Shown: in pieces, positions 52,328 to 64,000 of the stretch | How the letters are laid out: every line of letters starts with the position of its first letter | Position numbering within the stretch: the stretch's first letter is position 1 | Assembly (NCBI GenBank): GCA_051294375.1 | Contig: CM119270.1 | Location: forward strand, 17,233,904-17,297,903 | Length of the DNA: 64,000 nucleotides | Reading direction: 5' to 3' | From: Paraspadella gotoi | Lineage: Eukaryota > Animalia > Chaetognatha | Notes under the pieces: model-generated | Told to the model about the DNA's origin: nothing | The model's database searches: none | The model's input: the letters and a program-made list of their open reading frames with translations, nothing else | Position numbers and translations under genes: made by a program

Positions 52328-53483
52328 CTGCGAGAATGTGGGGGGTGTTGAGGGGCGGGGAGGGGGTGTTGAGGGGCGTGAGGGAGTCATGGGAAAGGGA
52401 AAGATTGGAAGTTTTAGTGAGCCACGTCACAAGGAATTACTTCGATTTATTTTATATTATCTACTTAAAAAAAGACAACCGAGTTTCGGTTGAAAGTGAT
52501 ATTTGTGAGGAAAAGGTTCCGAAGGTTCCGAAGGTTCCGAAGGCCCTTTGAAGCTGTATTAACCTCCCGTCGATGGTATCACATCCGTGACCAAATTGTC
52601 ACGCTCTTCCCTTCTCCAATCTTCATCCCACATTCGATAAAAAAAAAAATGTTTGGTCATAAACAAAAATCTTTCCTCCGCAAATTTTTTTATGTTTTAT
52701 TGCTATTTCGTGTTACGATATTTTACGAGATTTTTTACGGGTCGAATTTATTTTTCGGGGGACAGAATCTCTGTCCTCATCGAGCGGGCGGGCGCGGGGG
52801 GGAGGGTTGAGCCGATGGGGGAGGACGTGAGAACCGGTCCGTCGGCGGAGGCAGCGGAATATGGGGGGAGGTGGAGGGGGAATGGTAAGGGTAGTGTAGG
52901 AGAAGGAAAGTGGAAAGACCGAGGGACGAAAAAAAAAGAAAAACAGAAAAACAAACTAGCGGTTTCTATTTTCAATTTTTTTTTCTTTCCTGTTTTTTTC
53001 TCTTTCTGCCGTTACACCGGATTTTTATCCATTTTATTCATATTTGGATTTCAGCTTATGTAAATGTTATTTTTTTTCTTCTTCTCATTTCCCTTTTTTT
53101 TCTTTCCTCCCGGATATTTTTCAATTTTCTTTTTTGCTCCCTTTCCATTTCTTCCCTCTACCTACATCAGTATTCTTTAACATTCTCTCTCATTCTTCCC
53201 AAAACCCTCAAAACTTCCTAAACATTTTTTTTCGTCTTTTTACTCCACAATATATTTTCCCCCCCTTTTGTCCATCTTAGTTTCTCTCTTCTTCTCTTCT
53301 CTTCCTCCTTTTCCATTAATTTTTTAAACTGACTTATTTCTGATTTTTTATTCTTTCTCCGACATTTCTTTTCTTATTCTCTTTTACTCTCTCTTTAGAC
53401 GTCTTTCTCCTCCATTCCCTTTCACCCCATCCCCTCCCCTCATCCGCTCCCCTCATCCGCTTCTCCTCCTCCCTTCCCCTCAC

Positions 53484-53605
53484 CGATCTTATAAACTTCG
53501 AAGATGCCACAATAATCGTCGAATTGCGTGTAGAGGAGGTTGAGCATGGTGACCACCTCCATTGGACTCAGTGAGGAGCAGATGGCGGTGAAGCCCACGA
53601 TGTCG
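53484..53605 (-). CDS. sGC alpha exon (S)[40 protein letters not shown](E)
   Basis: accag| phase 2, |gtgagg phase 1; SDIVGFT motif with the first metal-binding Asp. Confidence 0.96.
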
Positions 53606-53766
53606 CTGGTGAGCGGGGTGGTGGAGGAGGCGTGAGAGGGATTAAAAGTAAGGTAATTGGTATGGGAGGATGGAAAAGGGAATAGCGAGGTTTAAGTACT
53701 AACGTTTCACTAGTACGAACAATCGTTTTGCCAAATTTCGTCGCAAACTTTTTCGTCTAATCCTAC

Positions 53767-53897
53767 CTGAAGAGCATGGTGACCTTGTCGATCTGAGTAG
53801 CGCGGATGGGAATGCCCAACCAAAGCTTCTTGGCGACGGATGGAGGGAAGATCATGTTGAGAAGCTCCACGTTTTTGCGTCTCTCCTCTTCAACTGC
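53767..53897 (-). CDS. sGC alpha exon AVEEERRKNVELLNMIFPPSVAKKLWLGIPIRATQIDKVTMLF(S)
   Basis: ctcag| phase 0, |gtagga phase 2; signalling helix to catalytic junction. Confidence 0.96.
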
Positions 53898-54292
53898 CTG
53901 AGGGTGAGTTAGGGGACATTTTAAGGTGAGGTAGACTCAAGTCAGGAAACCGTGAACAAAGTTTCACCTTTTATCGAATGTGACGTAAAAATGCAAATTA
54001 TGAGATTAAATTCCAAAGTTATCTGCCTATTTTTATGGTGAACTTAAACTCGTCTCGTTTTTATCATTATTGGATTGGCCTCTTTCTGACAAGTGATATC
54101 GAATAATCCCTGACATGATTGGCCTCTTCTATGGCAGTTTTGAGCCAGTCAAAAGCCAATTATTTCAGATCTTTCCTATTTCCGTACCATACCTAATTGG
54201 CCTCATCTATATCTAATATCTATCCCTTACCCGCTTGGTCTCTCCCAAGTCCATCCCCAACACGATTGGCCTCTCCTACGTCCAGCCCTAAC

Positions 54293-54426
54293 CTGATTGG
54301 CCTCTTCTATGGTGGACTTGAGCTTGTCCATCCTCCTCTTAAGTCCATCTTGAGCTTTCGTCTGCTCGTTGACCAAAACGACGTCGCGCATGGCGTCGTG
54401 GAAAGGGATGTCGGAAAAGAAGAGGC
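54293..54426 (-). CDS. sGC alpha exon (G)[44 protein letters not shown]
   Basis: cccag| phase 1, |gttagg; SDIPxHDAxRDVVL..[10 protein letters not shown] is the alpha-type PAS/coiled-coil motif. Confidence 0.96.
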
Positions 54427-55136
54427 CTGGGGGGAGTAGGGAAGGGGGCGAAGGGAAGGGGGGAAGTAAAGGGGTTGAGGGAGGGAGGAAATGAGGGGGG
54501 GAGAAGAGGCGGGAAAGGGAAGGTAGGGAGGTAGAGGATAGAATAAGGGGAAGAAGAATAGAATTGAGCGGGCGTAAAACAAAAAACTTACAATTTTTGA
54601 AAGTAATTCAAAGAAAAAATTCACGAGTGTAAAATGTAGAAAGGAAATATTTGGTGAAAACATTTCCCTCAAATTAAAAACCGAAAAATACCCTCCCGCT
54701 ATATCATCACACACAAAAAAAAAAACCGCTCACAATATCATCGCAGAGAAATCAGAACTTTGGAATCGAAAACGGATATATTCACTGACTCGAGGAGAAT
54801 ATTCAAGAAATGAATTCTGACTCTCTCTTCGGTCGAGCCACCAATGGCTTCGGCCAATGAGACAATTACAATTACAATTACTTAAATTATATTACAATAA
54901 GTAAAATAAAAAGGTGTGAATAGTTTTTTTTTCCGCTCGAATCGAAAGCAATTACGCGGTTCGATTGTGAAAGGTCGACGAGTGAGGTCATCCCTTCCTG
55001 TTCCTTCGTGAATGACGAACTCACTCGGTCGAGCGTGAGCGTTCACGGAGGGGTAGTGGTGTTTTCGAGACAAAACGTAACATTGAGAAAAAAAAAACAA
55101 AACAAAAACAAAAACAAAACGAAACTGAGGATGTAC

Positions 55137-55203
55137 CTTTGCTTAGCAAGTCGTGGAGGCTTCCGACTTGCGGAGATCCGAAGAAACCGATTACGTCAGT
55201 TTC
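55137..55203 (-). CDS. sGC alpha PAS exon ETDVIGFFGSPQVGSLHDLLSK(G)
   Basis: ctcag| phase 0, |gtacat phase 1; matches the ES..ILFLGSP.V..L.DL...G segment. Confidence 0.92.
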
Positions 55204-55620
55204 CTGAGAGGAAGTAAAGAGAGGGAGGGAGGGAGGAAAGGAGCGGAGGGGATGGAGGAAGGAGAGGAGAAGAGGGGAAGTGGGGGAGAAAGGGAGGGAG
55301 GAAAGAAAAGGAGAGGGAGCGAGTGATGGAGGGAAGGGGTTAAGGGGAAGGGAGGGAGGAAGGAGAGGAAAAGAGGGGAAGGGAGGAAGGGAAGAAAAGA
55401 AAGGAGAACAGGGAGAGGAAGGGGGGGAGGAGAAGAGTGAGGGAGGTAGGAATGGAGGGAGGAAAGGAAAGGAGGAGAAGGGAGAGAGGAAGAAAGGAAA
55501 GGAAATAAAAGGTTAAAAAATGAAGACGAAGACATAGAGCGAAAAAATAAATGGACTAATGACAGGTTGTTTCAGCTGTGAAAAACCAGTTCGTTTCTCT
55601 GATGAGGTCTGTTTTCTAGA

Positions 55621-55725
<105 letters not shown>

Positions 55726-55770
55726 AAAGTTATCAGATCGTTTCTCGGATGTGGTCTCTTTTCTAGAATC

Positions 55771-55807
<37 letters not shown>

Positions 55808-56616
55808 CACTGAAAGTAATCAGATCGGATTAACTCCAACTAAAAAAAAAAGCTGAGAAAAGAGGATGAATAAAACAGCAAAATAAATGGAATCCTCAAT
55901 CAATTCCGATAAAAAACAGAAACAGAAAAAAAAACAACAGAAAGAAACAAAAGAAACAAAAAACAAAACAAAACAAAAAATGGTTTCATTTTAGATTAAG
56001 ATAAAAGGCGATTCTTTTTCTCGAGATGAATAAAAGGAAAAATCTCCCGCGGAGACGAAAAAGAAGGAAGAACAAAAGATTTAAAACGAAAATGAAATGA
56101 CAGGAAACTGAGAAGAAATTTTTTTTTTAAAAAGAAAGAAACAAGAAAAGAAATATTGAAATAAAAAGGATAAGAAGACGAAAAAAAAGGAGACGCCGCG
56201 AAAATGGAGAAGGTGATGGAAATCGGTACATGCGAAAGTGTTGTTGTTGTTGTCGTTGTTGCCTTAATCTCAACTTTACTTTATATGAAATAGACTTTTG
56301 ATTCAACGTAATAGAATTGAATGGAATTGAGGCCGTCAATCTAATTTGCATATAGTATTTCTTTTTCGTTAATAAATATTAAGTATGATTAGTGTCAAAA
56401 GTATATTTTTCAATCACTGTTTCTTTTTCGATACGTTTAAGTTAAAAAAACAAACAAACAAACAAACAAAAAAAAAAACAACTACGTTTGGTGTTCATAA
56501 TTTTAAAAAAATGGCATATTTGAAATTTTTATATATTCATTCGTCCGAAGATTGATCTAGATCCCTCCGTCTGCCCATCATCCCCTCCACCACCAACCCA
56601 TCCCCCCAACCATCAC

Positions 56617-56848
56617 CTGAATGAAGACCATCTGTCCCTTCAAGTCCATCTGCACGACTCCGCCCCCTTCCACCTTCAACACCCTCTCCTTGGTCACCAT
56701 CACGAACTGTTGGTTGATCCTTCGCAAGACCGACTCGAAGCTCAACGTCGGGATCTTCGGGCTCACCACGTCGAAGATGGTCTGGAGGCCGCGTGCTCCG
56801 GCTACGCGGCCCCGAGGGAACGACGGAGGCCGACCCGAGTTGACGGAC
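56617..56848 (-). CDS. sGC alpha PAS exon VRQLGSA...GLQTIFDVVSPKIPTLSFESVLRRINQQFVMVTKERVLKVEGGGVVQMDLKGQMVFIQ (apparent indel error near 56800-56830)
   Basis: ctcag| and |gtgatg; MDLKGQM motif; length 232 nt is out of frame between two phase-0 junctions. Confidence 0.88.
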
Positions 56849-57893
56849 CTGAGATCGGGGGAAGTGAGGGGTGAGGGTGGGGGGGGGTGGGGGAGCAGCG
56901 GTGGGACATCAGAGGGTGGGGTTTTGGGTTAAGAGTTAAAGAATTAAGATTCGAAGATTTGCATATTCGAAAATTGAAACCAAAAAAAAATTGGGGGTCC
57001 CCGATGACATGTTGCGATTAATTTTAATTAAAAAAAAAAAAAAATTCGGCATATTCACACCGCCTCAGTACCTTATTATTTTTTAAATTTTCTTTAGTTT
57101 TTATATTCTTTTTAATTTGAAAAAAGTTGGGGGCATTCACCCCGCAATATAAAAAAAAACCCATTTATTTTACACCGAAATTTTTCGTGGTGAAAGTAAA
57201 AAAAAATTTTGAAAGCGGAAAAAAAAAACATTATGCAAATTTCACAAAATCACCGAAGCGATAATGAAATAAGGAAACTCACCGAATTTCTAGGATAAAA
57301 TTTTCCCCTCAGTTTCTTTACTCCCGTTCTAACTTTATTTTTTTTTTAGCCAAACGTTGATTATTTCTTTTTAAAAAATGATTATTTTTTATTCCATTTT
57401 CATTTCTCTCGGGAGAACCGTGACAAGCGAATTTTTCCTCGGAACCTCCCACTCATCCTTCTTGACATGTTACCGGAATAAAAATATTGCAAAAAAATAT
57501 CATCCTCTTGGAGAATTATAATTAGTTTTCTCGGAATATTTTAAAAGTTTAAGACATACTTAACTTTCTATTACGTTCCACTTCTCCTGCTCCTCCTGAC
57601 ATCTCTTCACTTTACCTCCCTCCTCCCATACAAAATGTGCCAAAAACCGTATTCGTTTTTAGCCTCTCTCCTCTTTTTACATGAAGTTTTGTAAAAAAAC
57701 CTTATTTTTTATATACTTCCTTTTCCTCCGGACGCCGGCCGGACTTGAGAACCACCTTCCATCACTCTTATACGAAGTGGGCCAAAAACTTTGCTTCGCA
57801 ATACCTCCCTCCTCCTCTCATTCAAAGTAGGCCGAAAACATCCGTTTCGCTATACCTCCCTCACTCCTCCCTCCCTCCCTTCCTCAAACTCGC

Positions 57894-58245
57894 CTTCAAA
57901 TTCCTATCGAAGACGACGTGAAAGGGAAAGGCCCTGGCGAAGGTTGCCGTGGAGACTCTGGAGACGCTCGTCCGCCTGACGGCCAACCTCGTCATCCGCG
58001 TCGAGGGTCGAGTAGATTCCGGCGACGACGACGACGATCTCTCGGCGTCGATGGCGGCGCCGCGATGGAACCGGCGCGGCGAACCGGCGCCGCGCCGGAG
58101 CGGGTCGGCGCCGCGACGATGGAGATCGGCGCCGGCGTCGACGGAAAGACCGAAGTTGACGTCGCGGAGACGAGAGGTCGTTGTTGAAGGGCGGGTGGAG
58201 GAGGAGGAGGAGGAGGTGGTGGCGGAGGTCGGAGCCACCTCCCAG
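57894..58245 (-). CDS. sGC alpha exon: Ser/Arg-rich linker and start of PAS (STATFARAFPFHVVFDRNLK)
   Basis: cacag| phase 2; F.RAFPFH..FDR.L motif; donor reads aag|GCGAGT. Confidence 0.9.
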
Positions 58246-58720
58246 CTGTGGGGAGAGGTAGGGAAGTGGAGGGAGAGGAAGGGAAGTGGGGGGAGAGGGG
58301 GCGAGAGGGAGGGAAGTGGGGAGGGGAAGAGGAGGACGAGGGGAAAAGGTGTTTTGTTTTGTATTTTCTTGTGTTTTGTTTTGATTTTATTTTTCCCCTC
58401 TTTTTTAATCTTTCCTCATCCCGTTTTGCGTCGTAATTTTTTTAGTTAATCCTGTCCAGTTATTATTAGTATAATTTAGTCCAGCCTTGTCTTGCCTTGC
58501 CTTGTCTTGTCCTTGTCTCATCTTGTCCTGTCCCCGTCTTGTCTTATCTTATCCTATTATTCTTTGCCTCCCCTTTATTTTTATTCACTCAAAATATTTT
58601 TCATTTCACTTTCACTTTCATTATCGCTTCCCAGCCTTCGCTTACTCCCTTCCCTTCCCTTTTCTCTCCTCCACCCTCCCCTACTTCCTCCCCCCCTCTC
58701 TCCCCCCACTCCAACCTCAC

Positions 58721-59079
58721 CCCGCATCTTCGTGAATGGCCGGGCAACTCCCCCGATGCGTCCGCGAGGATCTCGGCGACCTCGAATTCCCCACGGCGCC
58801 GGTCGGCGTCTCGATCGACGCCTTCTTCGACGACGACGCCGAGGACGACGACGACGAGGACGGCGGCGCCGGCGCCGCTAGCGGAGGCGACGGCGCCGCC
58901 GCCGCGTAGGAGTGGGAGAAGGAGGAGCTGACGAAGTTGTTGGGGAAACCGCCGCCGCGGCTCCGCTGCGTCTTGCGACCGCCGAGCAGCGAGTCCGGCA
59001 TCGGCGGGCAGCACTCGACGAGGAAGGTGAAGTGGCGCTCCTTGCTGCGAGTGGAGACCGTGCTGTTGAGGAGGGTCAC
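58721..59079 (-). CDS. sGC alpha exon: end of H-NOX (VTLLNSTVSTRSKERHFTFLVE) and Ser/Ala/Pro-rich linker
   Basis: caaag| phase 0, gg|gtgagg phase 2; open frame in phase with both neighbours. Confidence 0.85.
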
Positions 59080-59256
59080 CTTTGGAAGAGGGTTGGGAGG
59101 AGGGCGGGGTAGGTGATGAATGCTAGAGGCGATCAATGAATAAAGGAATCAGTAAATGAACGAACGGACGAATGAATGAATGGACGAGTGGGGAGAGAAA
59201 TTAATAAACTGATAAATCTTACAAACAATAAAACAATAAACCAATTAGTCAATCGG

Positions 59257-59296
<40 letters not shown>

Positions 59297-59298
59297 AC

Positions 59299-59449
59299 CT
59301 GCAAAGGGTGATTGAAAATCTCTGCGGCAGAGGCGACGAATAGGCCGGAGATAAACTGCTCCGAATCCGGAGTCAAAGTGTAGCAGTGGATGTAGAATTT
59401 GTTGCGACTGAATCCCGATGGTCGAACGCAATGGAACGACGGAGGGGAT
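59299..59449 (-). CDS. sGC alpha H-NOX exon (R)SPPSFHCVRPSGFSRNKFYIHCYTLTPDSEQFISGLFVASAAEIFNHPLQ
   Basis: tccag| phase 2, |gtatga phase 0; PSFxC H-NOX motif. Confidence 0.9.
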
Positions 59450-59798
59450 CTGGAAGATGGAACAATTTAGATGGATATTCTTTTTTGAGTTTAACGAGTT
59501 TTGGCAGAAACTGGTAAGAAACCTATTTAAGAATCGCATGTGTAAGTATTCTGCTACAACGTATGCTACAATGTATTTTTGCATCAATGGATAAATCGAT
59601 CTATCAATCAATCGATCAAACAATCAATAAAGCAACAAAACGATCAATCAATGAATTCTATCGATCTATTGCCGAATCAAACGGTCAAGCATTAAATCAA
59701 TCGTTAACCGATAAATAAATCTACCGATGAAATAATCAATCACTCAATCAATTAATAAACGACATAAACAACCAATCAATCTTTCCATCATCCCTAAC

Positions 59799-59903
59799 CT
59801 TTTGGCGAAATGAGGAAGATTCTGGATGTAGCAATGAAGAGAGTCGAGGCTCGACCAAAACTCGAGGAAGGTTCCACCGACGGAACGGAAGGATCGCCCG
59901 TAT
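59799..59903 (-). CDS. sGC alpha H-NOX exon (R)YGRSFRSVGGTFLEFWSSLDSLHCYIQNLPHFAK
   Basis: cgcag| and |gttagg, phase 2-2, 105 nt; aligns to the H-NOX G..xxEFLxNLDxLH helix. Confidence 0.9.
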
Positions 59904-60099
59904 CTGCGAAAGGAGACGAGATGGTCAATTGGCGGAGATGGACGAGATGCAATGATCAGTGTGCAATCAATAGCAATATCTTCGACTGGGAAATTGAATA
60001 AGAAGCTGACGTCGCTCTTCTTCTAGATTATTTTGGCTTTCTTGGGGCCAAGTTTTGATGTATTGTATTGCGACAAAAGATATGCAGCAGATGAATACA

Positions 60100-60382
60100 T
60101 TGGAGGCTTTCGATGTGGCTGCCAAAGAGGCTGCCCTTACCTCTGAATGCATAGCTGGAAGAACTCTTGACCCAGTTTCTCTTAGAGGCTTTCCATGTGG
60201 CTGCCAAAGAGGCTGCCCCTACCTCTGAATGCATAGCTGGAAGAACTCCTGACCCAGTTTCTCTTGGAGGCTTTCGATGTGGCTGCCAAAGAGGCTGCCC
60301 TTACCTCTGAATGCATAGCTGGAAGAACTCTTGACCCAGTTTCTCTTGGAGGCTTTCGATGTGGCTGCCAAGGAGGCTGCAG
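60100..60382. repeat. 82-bp tandem repeat (~3.4 copies) made of the exon 3' end plus splice donor
   Basis: (g/a)gaggcttt marker at 60102, 60184, 60266, 60348; exon-end/donor copies at 60305, 60223, 60141. Confidence 0.95.
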
Positions 60383-60448
60383 GTGCGGCGGAGGATTCGG
60401 TCGAACTGCTCCTCTTCCTCCTCCCGACGATACTTGGCCGCGATCGAT
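60305..60448 (-). CDS. sGC alpha H-NOX exon SIAAKYRREEEEEQFDRILRRTCSLLGSHIESLQEKLGQEFFQLCIQ(R); first coding exon(s) not identified
   Basis: cacag| phase 2, ag|gtaagg phase 2; LGQEFFQLC resembles the H-NOX xGxxFFxxC segment and joins the next exon in frame. Confidence 0.85.
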
Positions 60449-62040
60449 CTGTGGAGCGGAGAGGGGAAAGGTTGTGGGGATCGGGGATAGGGGATCGGAG
60501 GTCGGGGGACGGGGAATAAGGTTGGGAATTGATGGATGTTGATAAGTGATAAGTGGGCTGAAGAGTAAATTTCTAAATTTAACACTAAATAAAATTCTAA
60601 AACTGAAGAACGAACAACTTACATAAAATTATTTTTTTTTACAAATTAATGTTCATTGATGGTATGTCGTTTATAATTAACTTTTAGAATTTTCATACAT
60701 AACTTTCACAACGCTCTACTGAAGAGTGCTATTCACAACCTTTTTAATCAATCTCGCAGCCAATGAACGGGTCCTTGGCTTGTTAGTTCGCCAAATAGAG
60801 TAAAAGTTAAAATATCAAATGATGAGGAGGCAGTAATCAAGTCCCAGGCACAAGACCGATAATCAGCAGCATCGTGACACTCCAAATTTAAAGTTGCACA
60901 TTCGACTCTGATTTGTGTCCCGCTGATTCTTAGAAGTAAGCGGGAAGAAGCTTCGAACACAACGTTTGTAAGTACGCATTGTCTGATCCGCAGATCTGAA
61001 ACTTGCGTGAAACGGTGAATTTTCACGGGCTTCGTTATCCATAATCAATAAAAACAATTAAATAGGCAAACTTGCTATATTCCTCAAGTTAAGGCTTCCG
61101 GATCTGCTGAGATCCCTTCATCTAAAACGTCAATATCGCTCCGACGGGAAAAAGAGAAGATAACAGATAACGGAAATCGGGTTTCTATCGAAAAAACATC
61201 AAAGTACCAATTTTTAATGCTCTTTTTTTTTGCCTCGTTACTTTGAAGAAACAGCACCAGAGAAAGAAAACACAATTGTGCCCAATATTCTGTATATTTT
61301 ACTGTCGGTTGTCCCTAAGTCTCGTTTATGGCTAAATCGTGAGGCTTAAAGAAAAAAGAAATACACTAATTTTCTTCTTCTTCTTTTAATCTTTTCTCAC
61401 TTAATCTATTTTTCTAATCCTCTTTAAACAAAATGAAAAATTTAGCAGTCGAACGGACGCACGGACAGACCGAAAAAACTATTAAGCGGACATTGGGGCG
61501 GACGGATGCACGGACCAATTGACGAACGTTGGGTTTTCCACTGAGTATTGAGAAAGTTGCTTGGCTCTTTGAGACCAAGCTCGAGGACTAGCGAACGACA
61601 AGCATCACAATGAGATGAGAATGACGACGATAAACATAAAGACATAAAAGAGCTTGATGACTGTGATAATGATAATGATAATGATGATGACGATGACGAA
61701 GATGATCACATAAACGAACCCAAAGATCAGAAAATCAATATCACAGACGACAATGGCGATTTCCATTACGACGAGGATGCCCATGACATGGACGACGACG
61801 ACGACGACGACAACGACAACGACGACGACGAAAACTACGACAACGACGACGACGACGACCACACAAGACGAAGTCCTGAACGATTGTCCTTCGCTGACCT
61901 TCAAGAGAGAAAAACGGAGCGCGTTCGACGACGACGACGATAACGACGACGACGAATAGAGACGAATGCTTCACCGCTTCTCATCCCAGAGGTCAAAGAG
62001 GTCAAAATTATTTCGAGAAGAAGTAGAAGACGATCGAGAA

Positions 62041-62310
62041 AACAAGATCGGTTCGTCCAATGTGTTGCGCCCCAGTGACTTTATTTTCACGTGTATTTTC
62101 CTACGATCACATGACATAACTACAATAACTTTCTTAGCCTGTGTATTTATGACATGCACTGCATTGGAATCGTCTTTTGTTCTTTATAGTTTTAGGATTT
62201 TCCTGAAGCCGGACCTAGCAGCCACTTAGCAGCCACTTGGATTTTACTTTTTTTCCTGTCTTAACAAATTAGCAAATTAGCAAATTATTAGCGGCGCAAC
62301 TAAAAAAAAA
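62041..62310 (+). mobile_element. HINE/DINE-like repeat copy
   Basis: aacaagatcggttcgtccaatgtgttgcgccccagtgactttatttt...tttatagttttaggatttt...gcggcgcaactaaaaaaaa, homologous to 21858-22146. Confidence 0.6.
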
Positions 62311-63072
62311 AGAGCCGACTCTAACTTGAGAGACAAGGAAACATGAAGGCAAAAGAATAGAGTCAATAGACTACAAGGATTTAAACGTCATCACAAGTGC
62401 AGGACGTAAAATAATCTTTTGAAAAATTTTTAAAAGAAAAAGCAGAAGCTACTAGCTATTTCGATAAATATTTTCTATTTTTATCATTTTTTATCCCAAA
62501 TTTTTATCTGTTTTTTTAACACTGATTAATCTGATGACATATAGAAGGAATTAGTATATGTCGAAATATCTATCAAGGATTATTTATAAAAATAATAAAC
62601 TAATTGATAATTAAATTGTCTCATTACTGGCCACCGAATCTACTATTGGTTTAAATCATAAAATATTCGTACCCCTAAAGCAATATATACAAAGCGCGTC
62701 ATGTTGATATTAATATTGAATGAGGTCATAGGATATGCCTCTGTACTGTTTTTTTTTTTTTGCCAAATAAAGAGTGTAAATTCTAAATGTAATTTTGTTC
62801 TCTCATAAAAAAAATGAAATAGTAACTCAAAACGCGTGATGATGAGGAGCAGAAGGGAAAGAGGGGAGGAGGAGGAGAAGATGATGAGAAAGGGGAGAGG
62901 AGGAGAGAGGAAGAGAAGGGCAGGGAGGAGGCAAAAAAAAAAAAAAAAACACGTTTTTTTCGCCTTGTGAGATGAATTTCAAACTAAGAAATTTTTTTTT
63001 AGGTGAAATTCAAAGTCAAAAAGAAATTTTTTATTTTAGAGATCAGATGTGAAGCCAAGCAAGGATAAACCA

Positions 63073-63127
63073 TTTTTAGTTGCGCCGCGAGTAATCGCCT
63101 AGCGAATACGTAAGTCAATTTTCGGCC
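63073..63127 (-). mobile_element. 3' fragment of the HINE/DINE-like repeat
   Basis: tttttagttgcgccgcgagta...taagtcaattttcgg is the reverse complement of the family 3' end. Confidence 0.5.
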
Positions 63128-63303
63128 GATTTGGAATGCTCTTCTATTGCATCATTTTATACTATATTTAAAAAAAAAGTTTTGTAGTAGGAGACGCTCA
63201 ATGTTTCTATATTTCATAATGTAGTTATACTGTAGTCTACTTAACATATTGAATTCGGCGCAATACGTTGAAATTGCCGTCTTTACTTTGGTCTTGATGT
63301 GTC

Positions 63304-63477
63304 ATGGGAGGTGAGTAAGAAGATTAAATTTCCCCTTTTAAGACCCCGAAAAGGCACTGTGTTAAATCGTTATCATCATTATTTTTATAATTATATTTAT
63401 TACTATTATGGTGAGTATATATGCAATTTTTTTCTTTTATTAATTTCCTTTCACTGAAGTTTTTTTCAATTTTTATT

Positions 63478-63532
<55 letters not shown>

Positions 63533-63638
63533 CTCTTTCTTTCTTTCTTTCTTTCCTTTCCTCCTTTTTTCCTCTCAAGATGTTTTAGGTTCGTTTTTCT
63601 TCCTTCTTCTGTCATCACACGTCTCCGCCCTGCTTCAT
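63304..63638 (+). CDS. Candidate first two exons (63304-63310; 63580/63589-63638) of a divergently oriented gene with signal-peptide-like N-terminus MG(DVL)GSFFFLLLSSHVSALLH
   Basis: ATGGGAG|gtgagt, polypyrimidine tract, caag| or ttag| acceptor, cat|gtgagt; phases compatible; no homology. Confidence 0.3.
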
Positions 63639-64000
63639 GTGAGTTCATTCCTCGACCTTCTTACGCCCTTCCTCTCTCTCTCAGTCTCTCTCTCTGTCTC
63701 TCTCTCTTTCTTTCTTTTTATTTTTGTTTCTCACTCTTTTTCGCTCTATTTCTCTCTTTCTATCTCACTGTCTCTTTTTCGATCTATTCGTTTTTTGGTT
63801 CTTTGTTTGTTTATTTATTTCTTTCTATCTTTCTTTTTTTCTTTCTTTATTATTTTTTTTTCTTTCTTTCTTCATTTTTTTCATTCTTTCTTTCTTTAGT
63901 TATTTAGTTATATTCTTTTTTCTTTGTTTCATTCTCTTTCTTTCCATTTCATCTTTCTATCCCACTTTCTATCTCGCTCCAGTTTTTTTTCCCAGTTTCT

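Noticed and set aside
61480-61610. Possible upstream sGC coding exon
   Set aside because: No frame gave recognisable H-NOX N-terminal similarity with a convincing phase-2 donor

Overview
Eukaryotic (invertebrate animal, inferred) draft-genome window: AT-rich, dense in microsatellites, many N gaps. Two spliced genes can be reconstructed by hand. (1) The 3' five exons of a class I phosphatidylinositol transfer protein gene (+, 429-3698). (2) Most of a soluble guanylyl cyclase alpha-type subunit gene (-, ~60448 to <46730; pseudo-H-NOX, long low-complexity linker, PAS, coiled coil, catalytic domain). Most six-frame ORFs are low-complexity or N-run artefacts. The region 6.4-46.4 kb is dominated by large inverted and tandem duplications. 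One copy is usually indel-riddled, and most junctions coincide with gaps of exactly 25 N, so most are probably long-read gap-filling artefacts. Best leads: three sGC exons whose 3' end plus splice donor has been tandemly re-copied into the following intron (82-bp, 66-bp and degenerate arrays; the 66-bp one offers in-frame alternative donors), an alpha subunit that keeps the His105-equivalent but lacks YxSxR, a GC-AG intron, a candidate microexon, a 4.6-kb ~197-bp satellite with a latent Asp/His/Asn-rich frame, and a dispersed hairpin-terminated HINE/DINE-like repeat family. Coordinates were counted by hand and repeat edges are approximate.
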